DNA of 38,434 bases from a virus (Duplodnaviria; Caudoviricetes), in the IMG/VR virus record IMGVR_UViG_3300022914_000360, positions 1 to 38,434 of that record; one strand, written 5' to 3'. The translations under genes and the position numbers were made by a program. Below are positions 9,246 through 18,176 of this stretch, piece after piece. The notes beneath the pieces are model-generated. The model worked only from the letters and a program-made list of their open reading frames with translations, did no database searches and had not been told where the DNA came from. Every line of letters starts with the position of its first letter. Within the stretch, counting starts at the first letter, position 1.

Positions 9246-10409
9246 ATGTTAGACGATAGGGTAAATCGAATTTATCAGCGTGAGCTTGCACGACAAAAAG
9301 GCACAGTTGAATTAATTGCTTCTGAAAACTTTGCTTCAAAAGCTGTTATGAAAATGTGCGGTTCTGAATTTACAAACAAATATGCAGAAGGCTATCCTGG
9401 TCATCGGTATTATAACGGATGTGATTTCATGGACGAGATTGAAGAGTTAGCAATCTCAAAGCTGATTGATATCTATGGATGTTTATTTGCGAATGTTCAA
9501 CCACACAGTGGAGCAAATGCAAACCTTGCTGTCTTTAAAGCATTCCTGAAACCTGGTGATACAATTCTTGGAATGGATTTGGCAAGCGGTGGTCATTTAA
9601 CTCATGGAGCTCCTGTCACTATTTCAGGTAAATGGTTTAATTCATATACCTATGGTGTTGATGAATGGGGTATGATTGATTACGATGAAGTTGAAAGGTT
9701 AGCACAAGAACATAAACCTAAAATGTTAATCGCAGGTGCCTCGGCATATCCTAGACAAATTGATTGGGCAAGAATGAAAGATATCGCAATTGATTGTGGT
9801 GCTTACTTATTAGTTGACATGGCTCACTATTCAGGTTTAGTCGCAGGCGGTGTATATGATAGTCCTGTACCTTATGCTGATATCGTTACTTCTACGACTC
9901 ATAAAACACTTCGTGGTCCTCGTGGTGGAATTATATTATGGAATAACCCAGATTATTGTAAAAAGATTAATGGTGCAGTATTCCCAGGAACACAAGGTGG
10001 TCCGTTGATGAATATCATCGCGGCAAAAGCACAAGCATTTATTGAAGCAGACACAAAAGAATTTAAAGAATACGCTGCTCAAGTTGTTCGCAATGCAAGA
10101 GCATTCGCTGAAACATTAGATAAAGCAAAAACATTAGAAGTACTAACAGGCGGAACTGATTCACATATCATTCTTGTTAGTTTAGTTCAATCTGAACTGA
10201 GTGGAAGAGAAGCTGCCGATACATTAGAGATGCATGGAATTACCTGTAATAAAAATGGTATTCCAAATGATCCGAGAAACTTTAAAGAAACAAGTGGTAT
10301 TCGATTGGGTACCGCAGCCGAAACAACAAGAGGCTATAAAGAACAAGATTTCGTTGAACTGGGGGAAAGAATTATTGACATCCTAGAGGATCCCACAAAA
10401 TGGAAATGA
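9246..10409 (+). CDS. glyA: Serine hydroxymethyltransferase
   Basis: LIASEN, NKYAEGYP, NVQPHSG, GGHLTHG, TTHKTLRGPRGG, FPGTQGGP. Confidence 0.97.
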   Translation: MLDDRVNRIYQRELARQKGTVELIASENFASKAVMKMCGSEFTNKYAEGYPGHRYYNGCDFMDEIEELAISKLIDIYGCLFANVQPHSGANANLAVFKAFLKPGDTILGMDLASGGHLTHGAPVTISGKWFNSYTYGVDEWGMIDYDEVERLAQEHKPKMLIAGASAYPRQIDWARMKDIAIDCGAYLLVDMAHYSGLVAGGVYDSPVPYADIVTSTTHKTLRGPRGGIILWNNPDYCKKINGAVFPGTQGGPLMNIIAAKAQAFIEADTKEFKEYAAQVVRNARAFAETLDKAKTLEVLTGGTDSHIILVSLVQSELSGREAADTLEMHGITCNKNGIPNDPRNFKETSGIRLGTAAETTRGYKEQDFVELGERIIDILEDPTKWK

Positions 10410-10615
10410 TAGCACTTAAACAGTTCTTTGAAGCTGGTATTGGACAATTAGGATTACTTGCTATATTCTTATGTCCTATGGTATTTGGTGGAATCACCAC
10501 TTACTATTGTCTTAAAAGACAAGGACCGATAACCGAGCAGGTTTGGAAAGAATGGAGAGAAGATCCTAAGTTCCAAAAACAAAAAATAACAACAAGTATA
10601 AATTATAACGAATAG
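10400..10615 (+). CDS. Small membrane protein
   Basis: Single hydrophobic segment; coupled to the glyA stop. Confidence 0.55.
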   Translation: MEMIALKQFFEAGIGQLGLLAIFLCPMVFGGITTYYCLKRQGPITEQVWKEWREDPKFQKQKITTSINYNE

Positions 10616-10623
10616 AGGTAAAG

Positions 10624-10767
10624 ATGGCAAAAACGAGCAGTGCGTTCAAGTCAAGCCACAATGGTATCAAAAAAGGTACCTCAATTGGTCGACGACCAAG
10701 GTCAATGGCGACGATGAACAAATCAAAGAAAAGATCATATAAGAAGTATCGTGGACAAGGGAAATAA
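10624..10767 (+). CDS. Small basic protein (47 aa) of a type common in T4-like phages
   Basis: RBS GAGGT; ends MNKSKKRSYKKYRGQGK. Confidence 0.7.
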   Translation: MAKTSSAFKSSHNGIKKGTSIGRRPRSMATMNKSKKRSYKKYRGQGK

Positions 10768-11344
10768 GACTTGCATTATATTAGGTAATGGAGAATCCCG
10801 TATGGGAATCAATTACCGAGAAGAATACCCAGATGCATTTGTGTATGGGTGTAATGGCGCATATAAAGAAAAGCCTGATGCGTTAGTTTGTGTTGATGTA
10901 TATATGCAGCACTTAATTTACAAGTCAGGATATTGTAAAGAAAATCTTTGTTACTTTTCTGAATGGGAAACTCTTCCCGGTGACGAAGGTTATATGTTAG
11001 CAAAACAATTAGGCAAGCCTGTTATTTCAAATGATAGAGAAGATCGTCAAACTTGTGTTGTTTCAGGTACTGATGAATTTACTTATGTCACTTGGACAGA
11101 CGATAAAGATATGGTTAGGACAATGCCTGAAATGTCAATTAGTTCTGGTTCAAGAGCACTGTTAAGAGCATGTGAATCTGGTTGGTTTGATACAATTATA
11201 TTATTAGGCTTTGATGGTATGGGAGCCGAAAACATATATCAGAATCATGAAGGCTATGAAAGGTCAACTCCTAGACCTGAGTGGTCGAGAGAAAGAAATG
11301 AAATTATGTCAACTCATAAAGGAATCCTTTTTGTTCAAAAATGA
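10751..11344 (+). CDS. Putative glycosyltransferase/nucleotide-binding-fold protein
   Basis: CIILGNGESR, YGCN, SSG..A, ILLGFD pattern typical of sialyltransferase-like/MptE-like phage proteins. Confidence 0.55.
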   Translation: MDKGNKTCIILGNGESRMGINYREEYPDAFVYGCNGAYKEKPDALVCVDVYMQHLIYKSGYCKENLCYFSEWETLPGDEGYMLAKQLGKPVISNDREDRQTCVVSGTDEFTYVTWTDDKDMVRTMPEMSISSGSRALLRACESGWFDTIILLGFDGMGAENIYQNHEGYERSTPRPEWSRERNEIMSTHKGILFVQK

Positions 11345-11504
11345 TTTATAATAGATTGGCATCTGCCGCTTATGGTGAAGGCAGAAAATATTTTAAATGG
11401 TGGGTAAATGTTTGGTGTAAAAGACCTCGTTAAAAGAACAATAATTTTATCACTTGTTATCCTTCCCTGGGAGATTGCTTTGGTGTATGCATTTTATGAA
11501 TTTA

Positions 11505-11512
11505 TATAAATA
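11505..11512 (+). promoter_or_regulatory. T4-type late promoter for iscU
   Basis: TATAAATA, 5 nt before ATG 11518. Confidence 0.7.
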
Positions 11513-11517
11513 AACAT

Positions 11518-11964
11518 ATGCCTTATTCCAAAAAAGTTATCGAAAGATTTGAAGCAGTAACTAATAATCCACAAGCACATGGAGTCGGAAGGTTTGACCC
11601 TAACGATCCTAATGTTGCGACTGGGTTAACAGGTGCACCTGCTTGTGGCGATGTTATGAAATTGGATTTAAAATTGAATCCTGAGACTGAAGTCATCGAA
11701 GATGTAAAATTTAAAACTTATGGTTGTGGTTCTGCTATTGCTTCAAGCAGTATGTTTGTTGAAATGTTAATTGGTAAGACGATTGAAGAAGCAAAGAATA
11801 TTAAAGATAAAGAAATAGCTGATGCTTTGGAATTACCTCCAATCAAAATACATTGTTCTGTATTGGCAGAAGATTCAATCAAAAGAGCAATACAAGATTG
11901 GGAAGAAAAGAAAGCAGGCAGAAATGAGTCATGGTTAGAAAAGATGACTAAAAAGGAAGATTAA
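11518..11964 (+). CDS. iscU: Fe-S cluster scaffold IscU
   Basis: GAPACGDVMKL, FKTYGCGSAIASSS, LPPIKIHCSVLAED. Confidence 0.95.
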   Translation: MPYSKKVIERFEAVTNNPQAHGVGRFDPNDPNVATGLTGAPACGDVMKLDLKLNPETEVIEDVKFKTYGCGSAIASSSMFVEMLIGKTIEEAKNIKDKEIADALELPPIKIHCSVLAEDSIKRAIQDWEEKKAGRNESWLEKMTKKED

Positions 11965-11966
11965 AG

Positions 11967-12449
11967 ATGTATGAGTATAAAGCAAAATTAATTAAAGTAG
12001 TAGACGGAGATACCGTAGATGTCGATATTGACTTGGGTTTTGGCGTTTGGCTTCGCAACGAGCGTGTTCGTATTATGGGAATTGATACACCAGAGTCCAG
12101 AACTAGGAATAAGATTGAAAAATTATTTGGCCTCGCAGCAAAGAAAAGATTAAAAGAATTATTAAAATCTGATGTGGTATTAAAAACATTTAAAGGACGA
12201 GGAGGAGAAGATGCTAAAGGTAAGTTTGGTCGTATCCTTGGTGACTTTAATGTATATTATCATGCTGATGATCGTGTCTGTCGAGTAACTGAAATCATGG
12301 TCAAAGAAGGTCATGCAGTTGAATACCACGGTGGAAGTAAGGACGATGTTGAAAAACAACATTTAGAGAATCGTAAAAGGATTCTTTCCGAAGGACTTAT
12401 TAACGAAGATACATATAATAAGTATGTAGCTTCTGGTAAATATGAGTGA
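11967..12449 (+). CDS. Staphylococcal nuclease (thermonuclease)-like protein
   Basis: VVDGDTVD, RIMGIDTPESRT, KGKFGRILG. Confidence 0.9.
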   Translation: MYEYKAKLIKVVDGDTVDVDIDLGFGVWLRNERVRIMGIDTPESRTRNKIEKLFGLAAKKRLKELLKSDVVLKTFKGRGGEDAKGKFGRILGDFNVYYHADDRVCRVTEIMVKEGHAVEYHGGSKDDVEKQHLENRKRILSEGLINEDTYNKYVASGKYE

Positions 12450-12547
12450 CATACTGGCATTTTTCGGTAATCCTTTTATTTGTCATTCCTGTCGCAGCAT
12501 GGTATGCAGCTGTATGGATGACTGACTATTTTGATGGTAAAAAATAA
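12446..12547 (+). CDS. Possible 33-aa membrane peptide
   Basis: GTGA coupling; MTYWHFSVILLFVIPVAAWYAAVWMTDYFDGKK. Confidence 0.4.
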   Translation: MTYWHFSVILLFVIPVAAWYAAVWMTDYFDGKK

Positions 12548-12548
12548 T

Positions 12549-12590
12549 TTCATAAAAACTATTGACATTCATAATGAACTATAGTATAAT
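12549..12590 (+). promoter_or_regulatory. Phage early promoter (conserved family)
   Basis: TTCATAAAAACTATTGACA-N17-TATAAT. Confidence 0.85.
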
Positions 12591-12599
12591 ATACGGTAT

Positions 12600-12893
12600 A
12601 TGAGATATAATAATAACTTTAATAATGGTCTATCGGTCGACTTAAGACCTAGGAAAAGACATCCTAAAGATAAAAGACCACCTACACCAATGCCATTTGA
12701 TGTTGCATTAAGGAAATTCAGAAAGAATGTTGAAAAGGCAGGAGTTCTGAAGGAATTGAGAAAAAGAGAATTTTACGAAAAGCCTACCGCTAAAAGAAAG
12801 AGGAAAAAGGCTGAAGGTATTAAAAGACATCAGAAAAGAATCTCTATGGAAAATAGAGCATTCAATGCAAGAGGAAAAAGAAATTACAGATAA
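12600..12893 (+). CDS. rpsU: Ribosomal protein bS21 with N-terminal extension
   Basis: [32 protein letters not shown] closely matches the E. coli-type S21 core. Confidence 0.9.
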   Translation: MRYNNNFNNGLSVDLRPRKRHPKDKRPPTPMPFDVALRKFRKNVEKAGVLKELRKREFYEKPTAKRKRKKAEGIKRHQKRISMENRAFNARGKRNYR

Positions 12894-12897
12894 ACTA

Positions 12898-12926
12898 TTG
12901 ACATTCTTATATCAATAGATTATAAT
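12898..12926 (+). promoter_or_regulatory. Phage early promoter driving the candidate ncRNA
   Basis: TTGACA (12898-12903), N17, TATAAT (12921-12926). Confidence 0.85.
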
Positions 12927-12932
12927 TGTTTT

Positions 12933-13098
12933 GTTCAGTGGGAATAAACCATGACGGCGAGATCGTAAGATTTAGGACCCACGACGGCTACCGAGTCCGG
13001 GAGCAACTTTTGAACTACCAACGGACTTACCAAGTGACTATGGTTGCGAGGTAGGACAACTGAGTAGGAATCTAACGCCAAAGGACCAACCACTGAAC
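12933..13098 (+). ncRNA. Candidate structured non-coding RNA (~166 nt), family unassigned
   Basis: GC-richer intergenic tract. Terminal helix GTTCAGTGG/CCACTGAAC starts at the predicted +1; inner helices GGCG/CGCC, CTACC/GGTAG, AGTCCG/CGGACT; T-run follows. Confidence 0.65.
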
Positions 13099-13123
13099 GA
13101 CCTTTTTGAATGGATTTTATATT

Positions 13124-13543
13124 ATGGCATTAGTTCGTGGATTATCAACGCTTAACACTCGAAAGCGTAAAATAAAAATCACAAAAGCAAAACTTGCCCA
13201 ATACGAAATTGATTGGCGTAAACATAATAAGTGGGCAAAGTCAAACGGTCTTCATGACCTTCGTTACGATACTGTAGAGGAATATATAGATTATTGCTTA
13301 GGTAAAACTAAGTTAAATCGTGACGATTTCAAAAATTATTCTCAACCAAAAACTTATCGTCGTGAAACTCCACATTATCCAAGTATGGAGATGTCGATGA
13401 CAAGTGCAGGACAAGGTACAAAGAAAGAATCACAAAAGTACACAGGTACATTAGTTAAGGGTATTGCTACAATGCATAAGTCTAACGCTGTTCCTGTGAT
13501 TGACCAAAAACAAGCTGAAGAAATATCAAGGATGGCAAGATGA
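13124..13543 (+). CDS. Conserved T4-like phage hypothetical protein
   Basis: C-terminal YTGTLVKGIATMHKSNAVPV motif; ATG 13124 preferred over the upstream TTG. Confidence 0.75.
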   Translation: MALVRGLSTLNTRKRKIKITKAKLAQYEIDWRKHNKWAKSNGLHDLRYDTVEEYIDYCLGKTKLNRDDFKNYSQPKTYRRETPHYPSMEMSMTSAGQGTKKESQKYTGTLVKGIATMHKSNAVPVIDQKQAEEISRMAR

Positions 13544-13764
13544 CATTATATTGTGACTTTACATTTTCAATCGACCAATACGGTCTCAAGTTAACTGATA
13601 AAGACAGGCCCTTAGAACCGTATTCACAAGTTAAAATTGACAGGACTCCACTACAAGTTGGAGATACATTCACATTAGAGTTGGACCCTGATGGTTGCAT
13701 ATTCTTTCGTAAGACAGGCAACGAATTTATGGACCACCAACAATTGGAGTTAAACTTTGGGTAA
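13540..13764 (+). CDS. Hypothetical protein
   Basis: ATGA-coupled ORF. Confidence 0.6.
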   Translation: MTLYCDFTFSIDQYGLKLTDKDRPLEPYSQVKIDRTPLQVGDTFTLELDPDGCIFFRKTGNEFMDHQQLELNFG

Positions 13765-14077
13765 GAACGATATTACCGGAGATAACCTAACAAGCAAAGC
13801 GCCTAATAAGGCGTATGATGATGGTTGGGATCGTATCTTCGGAAAGAAAAAATCAAAAGAAGCTCATGCCGAAGAGTTCAATGGTGAAAGAGCTAATTGG
13901 TATGGATATGCTGATGTCGATGAAGATACAGAATTAAGTTCTGAATTTGCACACCCTGCATATACAAGATACCCTCACCTTAAAAATCAAAAGATGAAAC
14001 AAAAGGCAATGACTGAATTAAATTATGACGGCAACGAAGATCGTGGTCGTTACGGAGAAGATGAATCGAATGACTGA
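13757..14077 (+). CDS. Hypothetical phage protein
   Basis: RBS GGAG; NDITGD...Y..GWDRIFG motif. Confidence 0.65.
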   Translation: MGKNDITGDNLTSKAPNKAYDDGWDRIFGKKKSKEAHAEEFNGERANWYGYADVDEDTELSSEFAHPAYTRYPHLKNQKMKQKAMTELNYDGNEDRGRYGEDESND

Positions 14078-15347
14078 ACCTTGGAAAATTATACAACAAT
14101 TAGAATCTGACAATAGTAAACTTTTTAAAGAAGATGTTATCAGAGCTAATGTTGATAATCCGGAGTTCGTAGCAGGTTTACAACTTGCTCTTGATAATAT
14201 GGTGACCTTCGGTGTTGCTCAAGTTCCTGAAAAGAAAGATCCTACAGGAGAAGGTATTACTCCTGAAGATTTTGTTGCTGTTGCTTCTAAACTTGAGAAC
14301 AGAACATTAACAGGAAATGCTGCTCGAGATGCAATCCTTGTATTAATGGCAAAAGCAACACAAGAACAATGGAACGATTGGTATCGTAGAATCTTAATTA
14401 AAGACTTTAGAGCAGGTTTCTCTGTAAGTACAGTCAATAAGGCAAAGCCAGGAACTATTCCTGTGTTCAAATGTATGCTTGCTCATAGTGGTGATAACAA
14501 TCCTAAAAGGATTACAGGAGATGTTGTTGTTGAATATAAGTACGACGGTGTTAGGGCAATTGTAATTGTTAAGAATGGCAATGCTACTATTTACTCTCGT
14601 AATGGAAAACAATTAAATAACTTCCCACATATTGAAAAAGCATTCAGTAAGAAGATGTTTGATAATCTAGTTTTTGACGGTGAAGTTATGTCAGAAGATT
14701 TTCAATCATTAATGAAACAAGTACATAGGAAAGAAGGTGCTCAAACTGAAGATGCGTATTTTGCATTATTTGATTTCCTACCTCTTGACGAATTTATGAC
14801 AGGAGGAAGTACCTTACCTCTCGATAAAAGAAAGTCCTTATTAAAAGGATTTTCAGAATCCGAGTATTTTGAAGATTGTATTCGTTTATTAAAATATTAT
14901 ACTTTGAACATCGAAGATGATGCTGATAAGTTTAAAGAAATTAATAATGAAGCAATTGAAAACGGTTATGAAGGTATTATGGTTAAACCTATAGGTGGAG
15001 CTTACGAATGTAAACGAAGCTATGGTTGGTTGAAAATGAAACCTTATATTGAAGTAACACTTAAAGTCACCGATGTTGAAGAAGGAACAGGAAAAAATGA
15101 AGGAAGCACAGGAGCACTTGTCTGTGAAGGTACCGATGAAGGTAAGTTTATCAAGGTTAATGTTGGCACAGGTCTCAGCGATGATATGCGGGATGATATT
15201 TGGAATAACCTTGACTCTGTGGTTGGTCAATTAGTTGAAGTAAGAGCTGATGCCATTACAATAAGTCAAGATTCCGAAGACGAATACAGTTTAAGATTTC
15301 CAAGATTTAAAACATTTAGGGGTTTCACTCCGGGAGAAAAACTATGA
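14070..15347 (+). CDS. gp30: ATP-dependent DNA ligase (gp30-like)
   Basis: EYKYDGVR adenylation motif, FDGE, EGIMVK, WLKMK, SLRFPRF; start could be 14061. Confidence 0.95.
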   Translation: MTEPWKIIQQLESDNSKLFKEDVIRANVDNPEFVAGLQLALDNMVTFGVAQVPEKKDPTGEGITPEDFVAVASKLENRTLTGNAARDAILVLMAKATQEQWNDWYRRILIKDFRAGFSVSTVNKAKPGTIPVFKCMLAHSGDNNPKRITGDVVVEYKYDGVRAIVIVKNGNATIYSRNGKQLNNFPHIEKAFSKKMFDNLVFDGEVMSEDFQSLMKQVHRKEGAQTEDAYFALFDFLPLDEFMTGGSTLPLDKRKSLLKGFSESEYFEDCIRLLKYYTLNIEDDADKFKEINNEAIENGYEGIMVKPIGGAYECKRSYGWLKMKPYIEVTLKVTDVEEGTGKNEGSTGALVCEGTDEGKFIKVNVGTGLSDDMRDDIWNNLDSVVGQLVEVRADAITISQDSEDEYSLRFPRFKTFRGFTPGEKL

Positions 15348-15613
15348 CGCAATATGATGACGTGGTCGAAAAACAAAAAACTTTGTTAGAAGCTGAAGAT
15401 TGGGCAATGCAAGTCAAGTCTTTACATGTACATTCTTTTGATTCTATGTGGTATGACGACCATCCTGAAGATACAGAGAATGGAAAAATGGTTACTGACG
15501 TAGAATATAATTGTGGTTTAATTAAAAGGACACAAGACGGAAAACTTCTTCGTACTTTTGGCAAAGAGCTAAAAGGACAAGCGTTATATGACCATTACTG
15601 CCGAAGTACATGA
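15344..15613 (+). CDS. Hypothetical protein
   Basis: ATGA-coupled ORF. Confidence 0.6.
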   Translation: MTQYDDVVEKQKTLLEAEDWAMQVKSLHVHSFDSMWYDDHPEDTENGKMVTDVEYNCGLIKRTQDGKLLRTFGKELKGQALYDHYCRST

Positions 15614-16161
15614 GAACCTCTTTAATTATATTTTTGATAGGATTGACTTTTGTCTCTCCTCTTTTTGTAATAAACGCACAACCTCAGGCAGAACCAATTC
15701 AGCTTGAGGTTGATTACGTTTTAACTCGTGCTGAACATTGTATGGCACTTAATGTATATCATGAAGCAAGATCCGATAACCTAGCAGGCAAGTTTGCTGT
15801 TGCTGATGTTGTCTTAAATCGTGTATATGACACTAGATACCCTTCTACTGTATGTGATGTTATATATCAGGGTAAACACAAACCTTCTTGGAAGGACCCT
15901 AATGTGCTTGTACCTATTAGAAACCAATGTCAGTTTAGTTGGTATTGTGATGGAAAATCAGATGATCCTTATGATTCCGATTCGTGGAGAGAAGCTGTTT
16001 TAATATCAGTTCAGATAATAAACGATGGAAGGTATCGCGGTTTAACTGAAGGAGCAACACATTATCACGCTGATTGGATTGAACCATATTGGGCTCCAAC
16101 ATTACAACAAGTTGGTACTATAGGCAGTCATGTTTTCTATAGAGCTGAAATGAATAAATAA
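15610..16161 (+). CDS. SleB/Hydrolase_2 cell wall hydrolase
   Basis: Signal/TM segment; CMALNVYHEAR, VVLNRV, CQFSWYCDG, GATHYHA, IGSHVFY. Confidence 0.9.
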   Translation: MRTSLIIFLIGLTFVSPLFVINAQPQAEPIQLEVDYVLTRAEHCMALNVYHEARSDNLAGKFAVADVVLNRVYDTRYPSTVCDVIYQGKHKPSWKDPNVLVPIRNQCQFSWYCDGKSDDPYDSDSWREAVLISVQIINDGRYRGLTEGATHYHADWIEPYWAPTLQQVGTIGSHVFYRAEMNK

Positions 16162-16176
16162 CTCTATAATTAAATT

Positions 16177-16758
16177 ATGGAGTACATTATGAAATTCGCA
16201 GGAGTGGACTATAGTTTATCAAGTCCTGCTATTTGTGTTCATGTTGGTGATGAATGGAAATATGAAAATTGCACGTTTTATTATTACGTAAAACAAAAGA
16301 AGTTGCTACAAGGTGAAAAAGGTCAATACGTAGCAACAATGTATCCTGACAATTGGACAAGCGACCAGGAACGATATGATATGTTAGGTTCTTGGTCTTT
16401 AGAGAAAGTACTTGATGCTGACTTTGTTGGAATTGAAGGATACGCATTTGGTGCAGTAGGACGAGTATTTCAAATCGCAGAAAATGCAGGTTTATTTAAA
16501 CACAAGCTTTATGAACAAGAAAGAAAGTTTGGAGTATTTGCACCAACAGTGATTAAGAAGTTCGCAAGTGGTAAAGGAAACGCAAATAAAGAAAGAATGA
16601 TTGAAGCGTTTGAGGAAGAAGTTTCTATTGACATTCGCGAAAAATGTGGTATAATAAACAAATCATGGAATCCAATTACTGATATCGTAGATGCCTATTA
16701 TATTTGTAAGTATGGATTCTATCAAGAAAACGGTATAACAGATGATAGTAATATTTAA
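16177..16758 (+). CDS. RuvC-like (RNase H fold) Holliday junction resolvase/nuclease
   Basis: GVDYSLSSP, IEGYAF, PTVIKKFASGKGNANK, DIVDAY; start may be 16189. Confidence 0.8.
   Translation: MEYIMKFAGVDYSLSSPAICVHVGDEWKYENCTFYYYVKQKKLLQGEKGQYVATMYPDNWTSDQERYDMLGSWSLEKVLDADFVGIEGYAFGAVGRVFQIAENAGLFKHKLYEQERKFGVFAPTVIKKFASGKGNANKERMIEAFEEEVSIDIREKCGIINKSWNPITDIVDAYYICKYGFYQENGITDDSNI
16628..16655 (+). promoter_or_regulatory. Promoter inside the RuvC-like CDS
   Basis: CTATTGACATTC, 16-nt spacer, TGG-TATAAT; same flanks as the early promoter family. Confidence 0.55.
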
Positions 16759-17425
16759 CGGACCCCCGGCTTCTGGGAAAGATGAAGCAGCAAGCCTCTA
16801 TAAAGAAATGTTTGGTTTTGGAAACCTGTCTTTCAAATATCAACTATTTAAAGAAACAGTAAAACACTTTAATGTTGATGAAAGATGGTTTATGCAAGGT
16901 TATGAAAACAGAGAAAGTAAAGAAAAGAAAGAAGTTGCTTTAAATATGATGTCTCGTAGAGAGGCAATGATTCATGTATCCGAAGACATTATTAAACCAA
17001 AGGAAGGATTGGATTATTTCGGTAAGTTAGTTGCCGAAGAAGTTGAAGAAGGTAAACATTACGCAATCGCTGATGGCGGTTTTGTTGAAGAACTTGAACC
17101 TTTGATTGAAAAAGTCGGAGCAGAGAACATTATTATTGTTCAACTTACAAGAGAAGGATTTGATTATTCTACAGATAGTCGTAGATATTTCAATGGTAAT
17201 TTAGTTAAAGAATATTGTATCAATTTTGAGACCAAGATTGATAAAGCATATGTACTTAATGAAGAAATGGATATAAGAACTTATAGAGTACATAACAATG
17301 GCGCAGTAAGGAATTTCCACGCAACCCTTATTGAGATTTACAATGAACTTAATGAAGAGTTTAAACTTGATAGCACTGACGGACAAATTACAGAATCTAC
17401 CGATACCGAACATAATCAATCTTAA
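16742..17425 (+). CDS. Deoxynucleoside monophosphate kinase-like P-loop protein
   Basis: IFNGPPASGKD, DGGF..E, DSRRY. Confidence 0.75.
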   Translation: MIVIFNGPPASGKDEAASLYKEMFGFGNLSFKYQLFKETVKHFNVDERWFMQGYENRESKEKKEVALNMMSRREAMIHVSEDIIKPKEGLDYFGKLVAEEVEEGKHYAIADGGFVEELEPLIEKVGAENIIIVQLTREGFDYSTDSRRYFNGNLVKEYCINFETKIDKAYVLNEEMDIRTYRVHNNGAVRNFHATLIEIYNELNEEFKLDSTDGQITESTDTEHNQS

Positions 17426-18176
17426 AGAGTGTACTGACCGAGCAAGCTGGACAACATCAGAATTTGAAAGGCACGGTGTTAACAATATAAAGATTCATCG
17501 GTACGATCGTTATGAAGAAGGAAAAAGTATTTCTTTCGTAGGTGACCAAACAGCAATTGAGCAAACAACAAAAGGTGTCACATCGTCCCATCTTCTTACA
17601 ATTAAATGGTGGTATGAAAATACGGACGAAGAATATGGTTTGTTCTTTGAAGACGATTTAGATTACGAGACAGTTCAATATTGGAACTTCACATTAGAAG
17701 ATTATATTGAAAGATGTAATCAATGGGATTGGGGAGCATTACATATGTGTAATGTTTTTGAATATCCTTATGATTTTCAAAACGAATACATTCCGATGGT
17801 TCCTAGAAAAAGAGAACTCTGGGACCACGGTTTACAAGCATACGCAATAAAAAGAGAGTATGCAAAAAAATTAATAGAATATTATTTTGGAGAAGATCCA
17901 AGTAAAATTAATTATCGTATGCCATTAGGCAGTCCGATAACAACAGAAAATAATATATTACACGGATTTGGATTAGTAATTACTTTTCCGTTATTCAATC
18001 ACAATGTGACTGACTTCCGTTCAAAGAATATATATTATTATAACGAACAAGCAAGTTCAGCTTTCTATTCTTACGAGTTCCTTGATGGATGGTGGGAAAA
18101 GAAAGGTCAGTGGTTATCACTTGATGGTATATTTGACAATGAACGAGAATCACATAAAATTTATGGAGAATTATAA
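17331..18176 (+). CDS. Glycosyltransferase family 25-like protein
   Basis: INL....R, SHL..I, FFEDD, AYAI; start uncertain. Confidence 0.7.
   Translation: MRFTMNLMKSLNLIALTDKLQNLPIPNIINLKECTDRASWTTSEFERHGVNNIKIHRYDRYEEGKSISFVGDQTAIEQTTKGVTSSHLLTIKWWYENTDEEYGLFFEDDLDYETVQYWNFTLEDYIERCNQWDWGALHMCNVFEYPYDFQNEYIPMVPRKRELWDHGLQAYAIKREYAKKLIEYYFGEDPSKINYRMPLGSPITTENNILHGFGLVITFPLFNHNVTDFRSKNIYYYNEQASSAFYSYEFLDGWWEKKGQWLSLDGIFDNERESHKIYGEL

Noticed and set aside
11341-11509. Two tiny ORFs (30 and 33 aa) before iscU
   Set aside because: Plausible coupled peptides, but too short and motif-free to call
12442-12525. Cys-rich mini-ORF MSDILAFFGNPFICHSCRSMVCSCMDD
   Set aside because: The alternative frame (GTG 12446) gives a coupled TM peptide that fills the gap better; neither is well supported
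12933-13098. tRNA, tmRNA, SRP RNA or hammerhead ribozyme
   Set aside because: No T-loop GTTCRA cloverleaf or CCA end, no SRP helix-8 motif, no CUGAUGA/GAAA core seen by eye
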